In this document: piece after piece, positions 63,070-64,000 of the stretch
How positions within the stretch are numbered: the stretch's first letter is position 1
Layout of the letters: each line of letters opens with the position of its first letter
Assembly (NCBI RefSeq): GCF_001194135.2
Contig: NC_068992.1
Location: forward strand, 22,161,307 to 22,225,306
Reading direction: 5' to 3'
DNA: 64,000 nucleotides
From: Octopus bimaculoides
Taxonomy: Eukaryota
Program-made: the position numbers and the translations under genes
Notes under the pieces: generated by a model
What the model was told of the DNA's origin: nothing
Seen by the model: only the letters and a program-made list of their open reading frames with translations
Database searches by the model: none

Positions 63070-63115
<46 letters not shown>

Positions 63116-63179
63116 GAATTAATGGGTCAAGGTAGCGCTGGCAGTATATGGAAGAAATTGTTATTATACTTTTTAAGTA

Positions 63180-63745
63180 ATGGGTTATCCCATAAAAAAT
63201 GCGATATTTTCTTACTTCTTTTTCGAAATTAAGATAAACAAAATTCTTTTTTAATCTAAACTATACCCTCCTTCATTTTGTACAATGCTCTTCCATCTAT
63301 CTGGAAAACGTGGAAGCCCCCACTTCTAAAATTCACTTGGCCGTGACGAAAAATACGCCTCCAGTACTGTTCTGGTTCTGATCTCGTCTACGGAATTCAT
63401 ATTTTTTCCGTCCAAATGATTTTGAAGATTACGGAATAAAAGATAATGAGCTGAAGCAATGTCCGGCGAATATGTTGGGTGGTGAATCGTTTCCCATTCA
63501 AATTGCTCCAGCCTTTCGAATGTCATCCTCGCTGTATGTGTCCGAGCATTATCCTGATGGAAGTACACCTTCCCTTTTGAAACCAAAGATGGTCATTTTA
63601 CTTCTAGCGCTGACTTAAGCTGCTCGCAGTAGATCTTCGTAATCGTTTGGTTTGGGTTTAAAAATTCAAAGTGGTCTAAACCATTCATATCCCACCAAAC
63701 AGATAACAACACCTCACGTGGGTGAAGACCTTTTCTAGCTTGGAG
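63180..63745 (-). mobile_element. mariner (DD34D-type) transposase 3' remnant with terminal repeat
   Basis: GLHPREVLLSVWWD...IYCEQL, VYFHQDNARTH...HHPTYSPDIAS, DRWKSIVQNEG; TA at 63178-63179 next to the putative TIR. Confidence 0.9.
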
Positions 63746-64000
63746 TATATATATATACACATATATATATCGAGATTATTTCCACACTGATGGCTGCAAT
63801 GATTTCGGCGCAAAATGAATCAGTTGCGGCGCAGACTTCAAAACGATAGGTTGGAAGTCTCTATCATGGTAACGCGTGCTGAAGAAGCTAAGGCTATTTT
63901 TGCCATTTCAGAAACCTATCCACTTGAGTCCAAATACTTAAATGTACGTTGGGAAATTCTCTTAACCTGATTTGCCCTCGGTCGATTCTTGTAGTTATCA

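Noticed and set aside
62796-63110. Apparent tandem duplication of ~110 bp plus (CT)n
   Set aside because: The two copies are identical and separated by a 10-N placeholder gap, which is typical of overlapping contig ends.

Overview
AT-rich, repeat-saturated eukaryotic scaffold with about 19 N-gaps, most flanked by microsatellites. It is most likely non-coding DNA from a draft octopus (cephalopod) assembly; that assignment is inferred from recalled octopus repeat families, not from a search. I find no credible host-gene exon. Long ORFs in the track come from microsatellites, N-runs or tandem repeats. The real coding remnants are all decayed transposons: two CR1/L2-group LINE fragments, several RTE-clade LINE pieces, two Tigger/pogo fragments, one maT-like Tc1/mariner and one mariner. 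Dozens of tRNA-derived SINEs are present. The labels A, E and heads H1/H2 with tails T1-T4 are my working names. The most interesting signal is a set of minimal type I hammerhead-ribozyme motifs. One is near-canonical and sits in a hairpin-rich ~350-bp unit bounded by a 15-bp direct repeat (53.1 kb). One sits in a tRNA-headed, Pol III-type element with an inverted partial copy (19.6-20.0 kb). Degenerate cores also face outward from the symmetry axes of two unrelated foldback elements (29.2 and 62.5 kb). Together these suggest several Penelope-like or retrozyme-like families. Other notable items are a Tigger transposase split into two opposite-strand halves that abut at the same codon (possible ~6-kb inversion), a 2x2 head/tail matrix of chimeric SINEs, and a higher-order minisatellite that arose inside a SINE. 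SINE boundaries are approximate (about +/-10 bp) unless a target-site duplication (TSD) is given.
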